A stretch of DNA of 64,000 nucleotides from Camelus dromedarius (taxonomy: Eukaryota). Shown piece by piece: positions 19,747 through 34,240 of the stretch. The stretch spans positions 5,952,001 through 6,016,000 of the forward strand of contig NC_087446.1 in the NCBI RefSeq assembly GCF_036321535.1, in the 5' to 3' direction. A program made the position numbers and the translations under genes. Numbering within the stretch: the stretch's first letter is position 1; each line of letters opens with the position of its first letter. The notes beneath the pieces are model-generated. The model was given only the letters and a program-made list of their open reading frames with translations. It searched no databases and was not told the DNA's origin.

Positions 19747-22700
19747 GAGATTTCTGGTCAAGACAGTGGAGTGGTAGGACCACGAGACTGCCTCTCTTCT
19801 TGAGTACAACAAAACCATAACTGAATGCTAAACAACCATTGAAAAAAGACTGGAACCTAGCAAAGATCTTCTGCAAATGGAGTCATAAGGAACCACAGCA
19901 GGACGGTAGGAGGGGCGTGCTTACGATATAATTGGGCCCCATATCTCTCGGGTGGGCGACCCGCAAGCTGGAGGTTTGTTAAGTCACAGAGGCCCTCACA
20001 CAGGACTGAGAACTCTAAGCCCCACGTCAGTCTCCCCAGCTCGGTCTCAGCATTGGAAGAGAAGGAGACCCCAGGATACCTGGTTTTGAAGGACAGGGGA
20101 GCTTGGCTCTGGGACCCTCACAGGACTAGGGGAAATGGAGACTCCACTGGCTTGGGAAGCATACACGGAAACTCACGTGCACCAGGTCCAAGGGCAGAGG
20201 CAGTGATTTCATAGGAACCTGGGCCAGACCTGCCTGCTGGATTTGGAGAGTCTCCTGGGGACGTGGGGTAAGGCTTTGGCTCACTCAAGAGACATAAAAG
20301 CCGGTGGCAGACATTTAGGGAGTGCTAATCTACCTGAGCTTTCCTGGAGGCTGACATCTTGTTTGGATCATTAGCACCAAGACCTAGACCCACCCAACGG
20401 CCTGTAGGGAAGCCTCAGGCCAAACAACATACAGGGTGGGAACACAGCCTCACTCATCAGCAGACTTCCTAAGCCACAAAGACCTCTAGACACAGCCCTA
20501 CCCACAAGAGGTTCAGGACCAAGCTTCAACCAGCAGTGGGCAGGCACTGTCTCCTCCTGCCAGGAAACCAGCATATGCCTCTAGTTCAGCTTCATCCACC
20601 AGGGGGCAGATACAAGAAATAAGAAAACAATAATCCCAAAGCCTGTGGAAGGAATCCACAAACACAGAAAGATAGACGATATGAGGCCAAGGCAGAAGAT
20701 AAAATCCCAGAAGAAGAAATAAATGATGAGGAAATAGGCAATTTATCTGAGAAAGAGTTTAAAGTAATGATGGCCAAGATGTTCAGAGAACTCAAGAGAA
20801 GTACAGATGCACAGAGCGAAGTTTTTAGCAAAGAGCTGGAAAATATAAAGAATACCCAAACAGAGTTGAAGAATAAAATCACTGAAGTGAATAATACACC
20901 AGAGGAACCAAGAATAGACTAAATGAGGCAGAAGAAGGGATCAGTGAGCTAAAAGACAGATTAGTGGAAATCACTACTTCAGAACAGAAAAAAGAATGAA
21001 AAGAAATGAGGATAGGTTAAGAGAACTTTGGGACAGCATGAAGCGTGCTGATATTTGCATTACAGAGGTCCCAGGAAGAGAAGAGAGAGAGAAAAGACCT
21101 GAGAAAATTTTTGGAGAGATAATCACTGAAAACTTCCCCAACTTGGAAAACGGAACAGTCAAACAAGTCCAGGAAGCACAGAGAGGACCACACAGAATCA
21201 ACACAAAGAGGAACACACCAAGGCACATCATCATCAAATTGACAACAAGAATAAGGAGAAAATATTAAAATCAGAGAGAGAAAAGCAATAAATAACATAC
21301 AAGGGAACTCCCATATGGTTATCAGATGATTTTTCAGTAGAAACTCTACAGGCCAGAGGGAGTGGCACAATATACTTAAAGTGATGAAAGCGGAAAACTT
21401 ACAACCAAGAATACTCTATCCAGCAAGGCTCTTGTTCAGAATTGACGGAGAAATCAAAAGCTTCACAGATAAACAAAAGCTAAAAGATTTCAGCACCATC
21501 AAACCAGCTTTACAACAAATGTTAAAGGACCTTCTCTAGTCATCAAACTATAAAAAAAGAGAACAAAAAGAAGAAAGGGAAAAGAAAAGAGAGACCTACA
21601 AAAGATTGCTTTGGCTGTTCAGGGTCTTTTGTGGTTCCTTATAAATTTTGGAGTTGTTTGTTCTAGTTCTGCGAGGAATGTCATGAGTATTTCGATGGGA
21701 GTTGCGCTGGATCTGTGGATTGCTTTGGGTAGTGTGGCCATTTTGATAGTGTTGATTCTTCCAATCCAGGAACACAACAAATCTTTCCATTTCTTTGTGA
21801 CATTTTGGTTTTTGGAGTATAGGTAATCGCCTTTGTTAAGTTTACTTCTCGGTATTTTGTTGTTTTTGATGTAATGGAAATGTCTCTGCCAGTTATAAAA
21901 TTCTGGTTTTTGAAGTGAATAAAAAAAAAAAAGAATGAAGGGCTGCAAATGGCAAAATATCCTTCTTTATTATGGGTGAATTGTATTCATACACACACAC
22001 ACACACTGCATCTTCATTTTCTATTCAACTATTAATGTGCACTTAGGATGCGTCCATATCTTGGCAATTATAAATAATGTTGCTGTTAATAGCAGGCTGT
22101 ATGTATCTTCTTGAATTCATTCTTATTTTGTGGTTGGCTTTATTCCTTTGACAACTATGTAAGTTTGAAAAGCTAAAGCTCTAAACATCCTTAGAAACAA
22201 TGAATAGTACATATATGTAAATTTAAAAATATATGTGCAGTAAAAAAAAAGATCTATCAAGCTATGAAAGACATGGAAGAAACTTAAAAAGACATATTAC
22301 TAAATGAAAGAAGCCAGTCTGAAAAGGCTACAAACTGTACGATTCCAACCAAATGACATTCTGGAAAAGGCACACCTACAGAAACAATAAAAAGATCATG
22401 GTTTTTAGGGGTTTGGGGATAGGGAGGTAGGGAGGAATGAATAGATGGAGCACAAGGGATTTTTAGAGCAATGAAATTATTCTCTATGATACTATAGTGA
22501 TGGCTACATGTCATTACGCATTTGTCAAAACCCATAGAATGTACAACATCAAGAGTGAACCCTAATGTAAACTATGGACTTTGGTTGATAATAACGTGCC
22601 CATGTTGGTTCATCGATTGTACCAGATATGCACACTGATGAGGGATGTTGAGGGTAGGGGAGTGTATATGTGTGGGTGGGGAGGGCTATGTGCAAACTCT

Positions 22701-22756
22701 CTGTATTTTCTGTTCAATTCTTCTGTGAACCTGAAACTGCTAAAGTCTATTTTAAA
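19747..22756 (+). mobile_element. TSD-flanked, internally deleted and rearranged LINE-1 (5' UTR, ORF1, inverted ORF2 piece, 3' UTR)
   Basis: 17-bp direct repeat aaaatctgtacactaaa at 19730-19746 and 22757-22773. ORF1-like ORF MKRNEDRLRELWDSMKRADICITEVP at 20996. Minus-strand ORF2 peptide [24 protein letters not shown] at about 21604-21885. Confidence 0.8.
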
Positions 22757-24990
22757 AAAATCTGTACACTAAAAACTACAAAACACTGTTGAGAGAAACT
22801 AAAGACCTAAATAAATGAAGAGATATACAATGGTCATGAATCAGAAGATTCAGAATTATTAAGATGTCAATTCCACCCTCAAATTGATCTACAGATTCAA
22901 AGAAATTGCATTTTAAAATTTCAGCAAAATTTTTTGGCTGTTGAAATTGATATGCTGTTTCTCAAGTTCATATGGAAGTGCAAAGCACCTACAATAGCCA
23001 AACAATTTTGAAAAAATAAAGTTGGACAGTAATCAAGACAGTATGAGATTGTTGATGTCAAGATAGATGGAACAGAATAGAGTCTAGACATATATTGTCA
23101 ATTGATTTTAGACAAAGGTGCAAATGCAATTTAGTGGAGGAAATACAGTATTTTCAATAAATGGTCCTAGAACAATTGGGTATTCATATAAAAAATGAAC
23201 CTTGATTCACATCTCACACTATATACAAAAATTGACTCAAAATTGATCACAGAACTAGATCTAAAACCTAAAATTCCAGAGAAAATCTAACTTGAAAAGA
23301 TGCNNNNNNNNNNNNNNNNNNNNNNNNNNNNNNNNNNNNNNNNNNNNNNNNNNNNNNNNNNNNNNNNNNNNNNNNNNNNNNNNNNNNNNNNNNNNNNNNN
23401 NNNNNNNNNNNNNNNNNNNNNNNNNNNNNNNNNNNNNNNNNNNNNNNNNNNNNNNNNNNNNNNNNNNNNNNNNNNNNNNNNNNNNNNNNGCAACATGGCT
23501 GGAACTAGAGATTATCATTTTAAGTGAAATATGTCAGACAGAGAAAGACAATTATCATATAACACCTATACATGGAATCTAAAAAAAAAAATGACACAAA
23601 TGAACTTATTTATACACCAGAAACAGAGTCACAGATATAGAAGACAAACTATAGTTACCAAAGGGGAAAGGAGACAAAGGGAGGGATATATTAAGAGTTT
23701 GGGATTAACATATACACACTACTATATGTAAAATAGATTATCAACAAAGACCTATTGTATAGCACAGGGAATTCAATATCTTGTCATTATCTATAACAGT
23801 AAAGAATCTGAAAAAGAATGTGTATATATATTCCTACACACATATATGTACAATTTTTAAATCCTAAAATTATTAAACTTCCAGAAGAAAACATAGAAAA
23901 TCCATTGACTAGGCAAAGATTTCTCAATATACCACCCAAATCATGATCCATAACCAAAAAAACCTGATAAACTGGCCTTCATCAAAAGAAAAAAATCTGC
24001 TCCTCTGAACACTGTTCAGAGAATAGAAAGGGAAGCCACAGACTAGGAGAAAATATTTACAAATTGTATGTCTAATAAAGAACTTTTTGTCTAGAATTTT
24101 AAAGTACCTTCAAATTTCAAAATTAATTAAGTAAATAATTAATTATTTAATTGGACAAAAGATCTGAACAGATACTTCACAAAAGAAGATAGACAGCAAA
24201 CAAGTATATGAAAAGACCTTCAACATTATTGGTCATTAGGGAAATGCAAATTAAAACCGTAGTAAGATAACACTACACACCTGTTAGACTATCTCAAATC
24301 AGGAAGACTAATCATACCAAATATTGACGAGAAATGGAATAACTGAAACTCTCAACCACTGCTGATGGGAATATAAAATGATACAAGTACTTTTTGGAGT
24401 TCAGAAGTTTCTTTAAAAATAAAAACATACACCTACGATATCACATAGCCATTTCACTCTAGATATTTACTCAAGAAAGAAAGCATATTCCATACAAAGA
24501 CTTGCACACAAATATTCGTAACAACTTTATCTGTAACAGACCCAAACTGGAAACACTCCAAATGTCCATGAGCCAGTAAATAAATAAACAAGTTGTGGTA
24601 TATCTACATAATGGAATATACTCAGCAGTAAAAGAAATGAACTATTGATATCTGTAACAGTAGGGATGAATCTGAATTTTTTTCTGAGTGAAAGAAGTCA
24701 AAGAAGAATACATACTATATGATAATATAAAACTTTACAAAATGTAAATAAATTTCAGTGACAGAAAGTGTATCAGTGGTTGCCTGGGAATGGGGGTGCA
24801 GACAGGGAGAGATGAGATGAAGAGATTACAAAAGTGTATGAGAAAGCTTTTGGGGTGATAGAGATGCTCATTCTCTTAACTGTGGTGATGGTTTCACAGG
24901 TGTATAATACGTTAAAATATCAAATTATACACATTAAACATGTGCAGTTCATTATAAGTCAATTATATACCAATGAAGTTCTTTTTAAAA
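22757..24990 (+). mobile_element. Continuation of the old LINE-1 (ORF2 end and 3' UTR) with a nested younger L1 3' end at about 23490-23850
   Basis: L1 ORF2 text resumes after the TSD. Nested piece reads caacatggctggaactagagattatcattttaagtgaa... N gap at 23304-23489. Confidence 0.75.
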
Positions 24991-25299
24991 AAGAGTGAAG
25001 TTATATGAACTATTCTATTCTCTTTCTCTAGACCTTCAACATTTTAAATATCTCTAAACATTTTAACAGGTACTCATATAATCTCCCAACATAGAACATA
25101 GATATTTCTTTATAAGGATAAGAAACAAAGTCCACGAAAAGAATGGCTGTCCAAAAGAAGGAATTCAGCATGATTCAGAGCAATGGTCCCCTATGTAACA
25201 GTTACCCAAAAAATAGGAGAAAACTAGAAACATTCTATTTTATATTCTCAACAGTGTTCAAGAAGACGTATCTATGAAAGAGCAGACAGTAATAAAAAT

Positions 25300-27710
25300 T
25301 TCATCTGATATAGGGCAACAGCTAAATTTTAAAATGTAATAGAAGCAGTGAACAGCAAGTTGGATACTACAAACAACTGAATTAGTGAATTAAAAGAGAA
25401 ACCCAGGAAATTTTTCCAGACTGCAGAAGCAAAAAGTAAAGAATAGAAATATTGAGCGAAAAGGTGAGAGATATGGAGATTCAAATGACTGAATTGAACA
25501 GACATATAATAAGAATACCAGGAGGAAACAAGTCGAGGGAGAAGAAACAAAATAAATAAAAGAAAAATGTTCCTTGAAATGAAAGAAGCCTTGACTCTTA
25601 AATCACATGCTTTTTAATTAATGAGGCAAAGGTAACATACAGGGTTCCATACACACACATATCCTGGTAAGATTTTTGAATGTTAAGAACTAAGAAAACA
25701 TTAAGGCAGGAGAAGGAAAAAAAATAGGTTCTTACTCAAAAAAGAATAAAGAATCAGAATGGCATCAGAATTACTACATGAAATACTAAGTGTTAGAGGA
25801 CAGTGGAGTAATGCTGTACAGAATTTTGAGGGAAAATGATTGTGACTCAAGAATTCTATGCTGAGCCAAGTCAGCTTTCAGTGTCAGGTCAACAGTAAGG
25901 TTTTCAGGACCTGCTGAGTCCAGACATCAGACTGCCACTCATGTACACTGCCTCTCTCTTCTACCTAAGCAACAGAGGTAAAAGAAAGTAGATCTCAGAA
26001 TAAATCCATAGTAGTGCTGGAAAGCAAACAGGGGTGCCCTGCTGAACCAGAAGCCATAAGGAATCTCTCAAAAATGGAAGACAGGCAGCATAAGGTTGGC
26101 AGAGAAAATGAAAGCACAAAATACACGCAGGAGAACATCACTGTGAAAGGTGGAAGGTCTCTGAAAGTCTCTGTGCATCAAAGTGACAGATCTGGGGAGC
26201 AGGAAAAAAACCTGTCAGGATGATTGGTTGGGGGGATTCATGTGAAGCAAAAATGTGAAGCAAAATTGACTTTCTTTCCCCACCTGTGGCAAGCAGACAA
26301 AAACAGATGCTTCAATCACCAGGTGAGAGCCATGAATGTGAGAATCCTTGGCCAGAGAAGCGCTAGATGGCTGCTAACACCCAGCAGGAATGGGGAGCCG
26401 CAGTTCTCCAAAGTCTAACCACAAAGTACCCTACCTAGCAATGTCATGCCTTGACTCCACAGAGACTAATGGCACTCCACAGTAAATAAAATCATTCAAG
26501 GAGAATCCATCAGAGAATTTCAAAGACAGACTTGAGCATTTAGCCAGAAGTTGCCAAACATTTGAAGAAAATCAACACTAGAAAGAGACACCAAGCTATA
26601 TAAGTTAAAAAAACTAATGACTAAGGAAAAGAGTTAATAGAGAAAATCAAAGGAGACTTTAAAGTAAGTATTATTAAAATCCTCAAAAAAGATAAAAGAA
26701 GACATGGTACCCATCAAACGTGACTTGTCTGTTAGGGAAGAGAAACAGCTATAATGGAAATAAAAACCGAGCTGGTGAAACGTTGGCTTCCCATTACACT
26801 TAGGCTTTTCAAAGACTTTCAGCCACAAGGGAGTAGTTGATACTGGATTTACCTTCCCACAATGAACAAACATAAAAGGGGACAAAATACATCTAACTAC
26901 TTATATGCATGGAAAGCAACCAATGCAGGGCTGTCTTACATCCACCCAGGTTTACTCCTGAAGATATTTTCCTAAGTATGACCTGAAGCGGTGGAGCCAA
27001 GACAGAGAACAGAATTCTTACTGGGTATAGAAGGCAGAGACTGAAGTTTAGGGCTGCTAATGCTACAAAGATCTGAAGGTCAGGGAACTGAAGAGGAAAG
27101 AACCATAGACAAGGAGTCTAAAAGGTCTGCATATAGATGTTCCTCAAGTACTGACCAACTGCCAGGTTGAGCAGATAAGATACCCTCGCACACAGCTTCT
27201 GGGAGCTGAGAGCTGGTGGAGAAATTCAGAGTCACACAGAGCTGGAGTGACACTGGAGACTGGGCCTGGCCAGAGTGAAGAGATCTTGGTGCATACCTCA
27301 GGCACTCAGTTAAGGCTCCAGAAAAGCATCACCCTAGGAATTAGGACTACTAGAAGTATGGGCAAAACTAAAATAGTTCCTATCGATTGAAGCCTAAATT
27401 CAAGCCTCAAAGCCTACCAAAACAAAACCTGATATTCCTTTAGAGAAAGTTAACAGAATCTACAACATATCCACGATGTCCAGCTTAAAATAAAAAGTTA
27501 CTAAGCTCACAAAGAAGCAGGACAAATTAACTGATAATTAAGAGATAGTCAAAGAAGTTGATACATGGATAATCTAGACATTGGAGTTAGCAGAGGACTT
27601 TTAAAAATAGCTGTAATTAGTACGTTAAAGAAAATAGACAAAAAGGTAGACAAAACAGATGAAGAACTACAGTAATTCAACAGAGAATTAGAATCTGTAA
27701 AAAATCAAAT
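25300..27710 (+). mobile_element. Highly decayed L1 5'/ORF1-type remnants
   Basis: A-rich purine skew and L1 ORF1-like phrases; subfamily not resolved. Confidence 0.4.
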
Positions 27711-27715
27711 AGACA

Positions 27716-28380
27716 CTGTGGTAGGGCAACCACTAAGACAGTCCCTAATAATCTCCGCTTCCTAGTAATCATTTGAGTGTGACTTGGATTTATAGAATAA
27801 ATTTGGTAGAAGTGAGATGTCACTTCCAAAATAAGTTTACAAAAAAGACTATATAGCGGGGGAGAGGGTATAGCTCAGTGGTAAAGTGCACACAAGGTCC
27901 TGGGTTCAATCCCCAGTGCTTATATGTGTATGTATAGATACACATGTATACATGTATATACATTTATTCATACACACACACACACACACACATATGTATA
28001 CATATACATATGTATGTATACCTAACTACCTCCCCGCCCCCCAAAAAAGTCTGTGGCTTCCATCTTGACTATTTACTCTCACCCTCTGAATGCTTGCCAT
28101 GGGAGAAAACAGTTGCCATACAATGAGGCAGCCCTGTGAAGAGGCCCATGAGTGGATACCACCTCACACTCTCTTCCCCAGCCCAGCTGAGCCCTCAGTG
28201 AGACCACAGTGCCAGGTGGCTGACTGCCACCTCCTGAGGGATCTTGAACCAGAGGAACACAAATAAGCCTATACTGGACTCCTAACAGGGCCCACAGGAA
28301 ACTGTGAGATAATAAATGTTTGTTGTTTTTAGCTGATAAATTTTGAGGTAATTTGTTCATAGCAATAGATAAAATAGACA
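27716..28380 (+). mobile_element. MaLR (MLT1-type) solo LTR interrupted by a SINE
   Basis: Starts tgtggtaggg. Contains gagatgtcacttcc, gaggcccatg, and gaaactgtgagataataaatgtttgttgttt...gcaatagataa, typical of MLT1 3' ends. Confidence 0.7.
27856..28040 (+). mobile_element. Camelid SINE (Vic-1-like) with internal deletion and a TA/CA microsatellite in its tail
   Basis: gagggtatagctcagtggtaaagtgcacacaaggtcctgggttcaatccccagt, then (TA)/(CA) repeats, then cctaactacctccccgcccccc. Confidence 0.8.
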
Positions 28381-28689
28381 TTCTAAACACAAAATACAAA
28401 GCGTGACATCAAGAACTCACTGGACCAAATGGTTTAATAGCAGACACAGCAGAAAACAGAAGTAGTGTGGGGAACAGGTACAATATGCTTTATGGGTAAT
28501 AAATGCTCTGTTCCCTGAACGCCATCCAGAGGTCTTGTATTTCTCTTAGGGTCTGAATATACATACACATACTATGTGTAAAAAATGCTATGTTCCTGTT
28601 AGGAAGACTCAGTGGTATAAAAATATCATTTCTATGTTCAATTACAATCTATATTCAGTGTACTCTCAATCAGAATCCTGATGAGATTA

Positions 28690-31600
28690 TGTTATTACTT
28701 TGCTTACTTTTTTATTTGGTTTACAGTTTTACTGAGAAATAATTGACATGCGTCATTGTATAATTTTCACACATACAGCATTACGGTTTGATTTACATAC
28801 ACTGTGAAATGATTACCACAGTAGGTTCAGCTAACATCCATCTTCTCATATAGATACAATAAAAAGAAAAAAGAGAAAGTTTTCTTCTTGTAATAAGAAC
28901 TCTTAGAATTTACTCTCATGGACTTTCCTATGTATCACACAGCAGTGTTAGTGATAGTCATCATGTTATACGTTACATCCCTAGAACTTACTTATCTTAA
29001 AACTAGAAGGAGTTTTGACCTCCTTTTCTCTAATTCTCCCTCTCTCCTCCCTCCGCCTCTGGTAACCCCAAGTCTGATTTCTTTTTCTATGAATTTGGTC
29101 TTGTTGTTGTCATTTATTAGATTCCACATATAAATGAGATCATACAGTATTTGTCTTTCTCTGTATGACTTATTTTACTTAGCAAGGTCCATCCATGCTG
29201 TCGCAAATGTTAGGATTTCCTCATTTGTTATGATCGAATAATATTCCATTGTATACTTATGCCACAACTTCTTTATTCATTCTTCCATCAACGGATATTT
29301 AAGTTACTTCCACGTCTTGGCTATTGTAAATAATGCTGCTATGAACATAGGGATGCAGATATCTTTTCAAGTTAGTGTTTTTGTTTCCTTTGGATATATT
29401 CCCAGAAGTGGATTATATGGTAATTCCAATTCTTAATTTTTTAAGGCTCCTCCATAGTGTTTTGCATACTGGCTGTCTATTTCCCCTGCTGAAATGGTGT
29501 CAAAGGAAGCTAGATAAAAGAGAATGTTTAAGTAAGATCCAGGGTCTCTTAACATAATAGCCAAAACATCCAGGTTTCAATTAAAAATCACTCATCATAC
29601 CAAAAACAAGGAACATCTTAAACTGAATGAAAAAAGACCACTAGGTGCCAACAACAAGATGACAGAGATGGCAGAATTATCTGACAAAGATTTTAAAGCA
29701 GCCATCATATCTTTACACTAACAATGAAGTATCAGTAAAGGAAAGTAAAGAAATGATCTCTTTTAAAATTGCATCCAAGAAAATAAAATAATTAGGAATA
29801 AATCTGACCAAGGAAGTGAAACACCTTCTCTGTGGAGAACTACAAAACATTGACTAAGGAAATTACAGATGACTTAAAGAAATGGAAAGATATTCCATAT
29901 TCTCAGAATGGAAGAATTAATTAAAATGGCCATACCACCCAAAGCAATCTAGGTTTAATGTGATCCCTACCAAATTACCCAGGACGTTTTTCACAGAACT
30001 AGAACAAATAATCCTAAAATTTATATAAAATCACAAAAGACCCAGAATTGCCAAAGCAACACTGAAGAAAAAGAATGAAGCTGGAGAAATAACCCTCCCA
30101 GACTTCAGACAATACTACAGAGCTAGAGTAATCAAAACAGCTTGGTGTTGGAACAAAAACAGACATATGGATCAATGGAAAAGAATAGAGAGCCCAGAAA
30201 TAAACCCACAAATTTTTGATCAATTAATCTTTGACAAAGGAGGTAAGAACGTACAATGAAGTAAAGACAGTCTCTTCAGCAAACGGTGTTGGGAAAACTG
30301 GACAGCTGCATGTAAATCAATGAAGTTAGACTACTCCCTCACATCATACACAAAAATAAACTCAAAATGGCTTAAAGACTTAAACTTAAGACAAGACATT
30401 ATAAACCTCTTAGAAGAAAACATAGGCAAAACCTTATCCGACATAAATCTCGCAAAGTTCTCGTAGGGCAGTCTACGCAGGCAATACAAATAAAAACAAA
30501 AATAAACAAATGGGACCTAATTAAACTTACAAGCTTTTGTACAGCAAAGGAAAACAAAAAGACAACCTATGGAATGGGAGAAAATACTTGTAAAAGATGA
30601 GACTGACTGTTGTATAAATTCTTTACATATTTTAGATATTAAGCCCTTGTCAAATGTATGATTTGCAAATATCTTCTCCTATTCAGTAGGCTGGCTTTTC
30701 ACTTTGATTATGGTTTCCACTGCTGTCCAAAAGGTTTTTTTTTTTTTATTCTTTCTTTTTTTAATCGAAATACAGTTGATTTACAATATTGTGTTAGTTT
30801 CAGGTGTACAGCAAAGTGATTTGGTTATTCTTTTCCATTATAGTTTATTATAAGAAACTTTTTAGTTTGATGTAGTCCCATTTGTTTATTTTTGCTTTTG
30901 TTTTCCTTGCCTTTGGAGTTAGATCGATAAATATATAGCTAAGATTGATGTCCAGGAGTTAACCACTCTGTTTTCTTATGGAAATGTTATGANNNNNNNN
31001 NNNNNNNNNNNNNNNNNNNNNNNNNNNNNNNNNNNNNNNNNNNNNNNNNNNNNNNNNNNNNNNNNNNNNNNNNNNNNNNNNNNNNNNNNNNNNNNNNNNN
31101 NNNNNNNNNNNNNNNNNNNNNNNNNNNNNNNNNNNNNNNNGTTCTTGGTTCTTTTGTTGTTAATTAATTGTTCATATTATACGTGGGTTTATTTCTGGGT
31201 ACTTTCTCCACTGTATGTTCTTGGTTCTTTTGTTGTTAATTAATTGTTTATATTATACATGGGTTTATTTCTGGGCTCTCAATTCTGTTTCATTGATCTG
31301 TGTGTCTGTTTTTTGTGCCAATACCATACTGTTTTGATTATTACAGCTTTCAACTGAATTTTGATAAAGGTGCAAATGCAATTCAATGGAGAAAAGCTGG
31401 CTTTTCAACAAATGGTTCTACAGTAATCCACCCATAGGCAAAAACAAAACAAAACAAAACAAAATCTCCGTCTAAACCTAACACCTTATATGAAAATTAA
31501 CTCAAAATGGACCCTGTCTTAAATGTAAAACATAAAACTCTCAGGGAAAAAATCATAGATCTTCTCAACCTAGGGCTAGGATTCCTAAGTTTTACACCAA

Positions 31601-34240
31601 AAGCACAATCCATAAAAGGAAAATAAATTATAAACTGGCTTTCATCAAAATTAAATACTTTTCCTCTGTGAAAGANNNNNNNNNNNNNNNNNNNNNNNNN
31701 NNNNNNNNNNNNNNNNNNNNNNNNNNNNNNNNNNNNNNNNNNNNNNNNNNNNNNNNNNNNNNNNNNNNNNNNNNNNNNNNNNNNNNNNNNNNNNNNNNNN
31801 NNNNNNNNNNNNNNNNNNNNNNNNNNNNNNNNNNNNNACTAGAGAGAACATAAGATGAGAAATAAGCATGAGAAGGGATGTTCAACATCACTAGCCATAA
31901 GGGAAATGCAAACTAAAACAACAATGAGATATCCCTACACATCTATCAAATGGCTAAAATAAAAATGTGCTGCACTAAATGCAGATAAGAATTTGGAGAA
32001 ACTGGATCACTCATATACTGCTGATTGGAATGTAAAATGGTACAGCTGCTCTGGAAAACAACTTAGTAGTTTCTTAAACAACCAAATATGCAACAAACAC
32101 ATTGCCCAGCAATTGCGCTCCTAGGCACTTATACTAGAGAAATAAAGACTTGTGTTAACATAAAAGCTGTACAGAAGTGTGTGCAGGTTTATTTATAACA
32201 CCCCCGAATTGGAAACAACCCAGATGTCCTTTAAGGGGTGAATGGTTAAACCGTGGTACCTCCACACCATGGAATCCTACTCAGAAATAAAAAGGAATAA
32301 ACTACTGATACACATAACAACCTGGATGAATCTCAAGAGAATCATGCTGACGGATGAAAAAAAATCTATGCAAAATGTTACATACTGTATGATTCCATTT
32401 ATATAACATCCTTGAAATAACAAAATTACAGAAATGGAGTCCCCTTATCAGGGAGGGACTAAGGTAGGAGAAGGGCAACATGAGGGATCCTTGTGGCAAC
32501 AGAAATATTTTGTATATTGATTACATCAATGCCAGTCTCCTTGCTGTGATATTATACTATCATCTTACAATATGTTCATTGAATTTTAGTATATTTACAA
32601 AGTTGTACACTATCACCATGAACGAATTTTAGAGCATTTCCATCAGCTGAAACAGGAATCTTATGCTACACTCACTCCTCATTTCCACTCAGCCCACTAA
32701 TCTACTTCTTGTCTCTACAGATTTGCCTTTTCTGAACCCATCATAAATATGGTATCATACTATACATGTTTTGCATCTAGCTTCTTCCACTGAGCATGTT
32801 TTCAAGGTTCATCGTGGCTGTTGAGTATTCTGTTGTATGGATATACCACATTTTGTTTATCCACTTTTCTGGAGTGCAGTTCATCCAGTTGATGAACTTT
32901 GTGGTTGCTTCTACTTTTTAGTTATTGTGAATAGTACTGCTATAAACATTCACATACAAGTCTGTGTGGACAAATGTTCTCATTTCTCCTGGATAGATAC
33001 CCAGGACTGAAACTGCTAGATCATATAACANNNNNNNNNNNNNNNNNNNNNNNNNNNNNNNNNNNNNNNNNNNNNNNNNNNNNNNNNNNNNNNNNNNNNN
33101 NNNNNNNNNNNNNNNNNNNNNNNNNNNNNNNNNNNNNNNNNNNNNNNNNNNNNNNNNNNNNTTTTATTCTAGTGGGTAANNNNNNNNNNNNNNNNNNNNN
33201 NNNNNNNNNNNNNNNNNNNNNNNNNNNNNNNNNNNNNNNNNNNNNNNNNNNNNNNNNNNNNNNNNNNNNNNNNNNNNNNNNNNNNNNNNNNNNNNNNNNN
33301 NNNNNNNNNNNNNNNNNNNNNNNNNNNNNNNNNNNNNNNNNNNNNNNNNNNNNNNNNNNNNNNNNNNNNNNNNNNNNNNNNNNNNNNNATAGCCCCTTGC
33401 CCTGCTGCCTTTCAGCCTCCTCCTCCAGAGAGGTACATTTGTTAGTGGAAAAACCTATACTGACGTATCACTGCCATCCAAAGTCCACTATTCACCTTAG
33501 GGTTCACTCTGTGGGTTTGGACAAATGTATAATGACATGTATCCACCATTATAGTATCATACAGAATGGCTTCAAGGCCTTAAAAACCGTGTGTGCTGCA
33601 ACTGTTCCTCCTTCCCTCCACCCTAGTTTCTAACAACCAATGATCTTTTTTATTGTCTTCATAGTTTTGCCTTTTTCCAGGGTATCATATAGCTAGAATC
33701 ATACACTATGGAGCCTTTTCAGACTGGCTTCTTTCACTTAGAAATATCCATTAGAGTTTCCTCCACGTCTTTTCATGCCTCATTTCTTTCTAATGCTCAA
33801 GAATATTCCATTGTCTGATTGTGCCACAGTTTATTCATTCACCTCCTGAAGGGCTTCTTGGTGGCTTCCAAGTTTAGGGAATTATAAATAAAGCTGCTAT
33901 AAACATCTGTGTGCAGGTTTTTGTGTGGACATAAGTTTTCAACTTATTTGGGTAAATACCAAGGATTGTGATTACTGGATTCTATAGTACAAGTATGCTA
34001 GTTTTGTAAGAAACTGCCAAACTGTCTTCCAAACTAGGTGTATGATTTTATATTCTCACCAGCAATGAGAGGTCTTGCTGCTCCACATCCTCATCAGCAT
34101 TTGGTGTTGTCACTTTTGCATATTTTTAATAGGGCTATTTGTTTTTTATTATTGAGTTATGAGTCTTATATATTCTAGATACAAGTTCCTTATGAAACAC
34201 GATTTGCAAATATTTTTTCCCAGTTTGTGAGTTGTCTTAG
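28690..34240. mobile_element. Nested LINE-1 fragments in both orientations
   Basis: Minus L1 3' end at about 28690-29475; plus ORF2 at about 29710-30610; further minus and plus pieces to about 34240. N gaps at 30993-31140, 31676-31837, 33031-33161, 33180-33388. Confidence 0.8.

Noticed and set aside
17540-34240. L1 ORF1/ORF2-like short ORFs as functional genes or an active element
   Set aside because: All are fragmented by stops, frameshifts, inversions and nested insertions.
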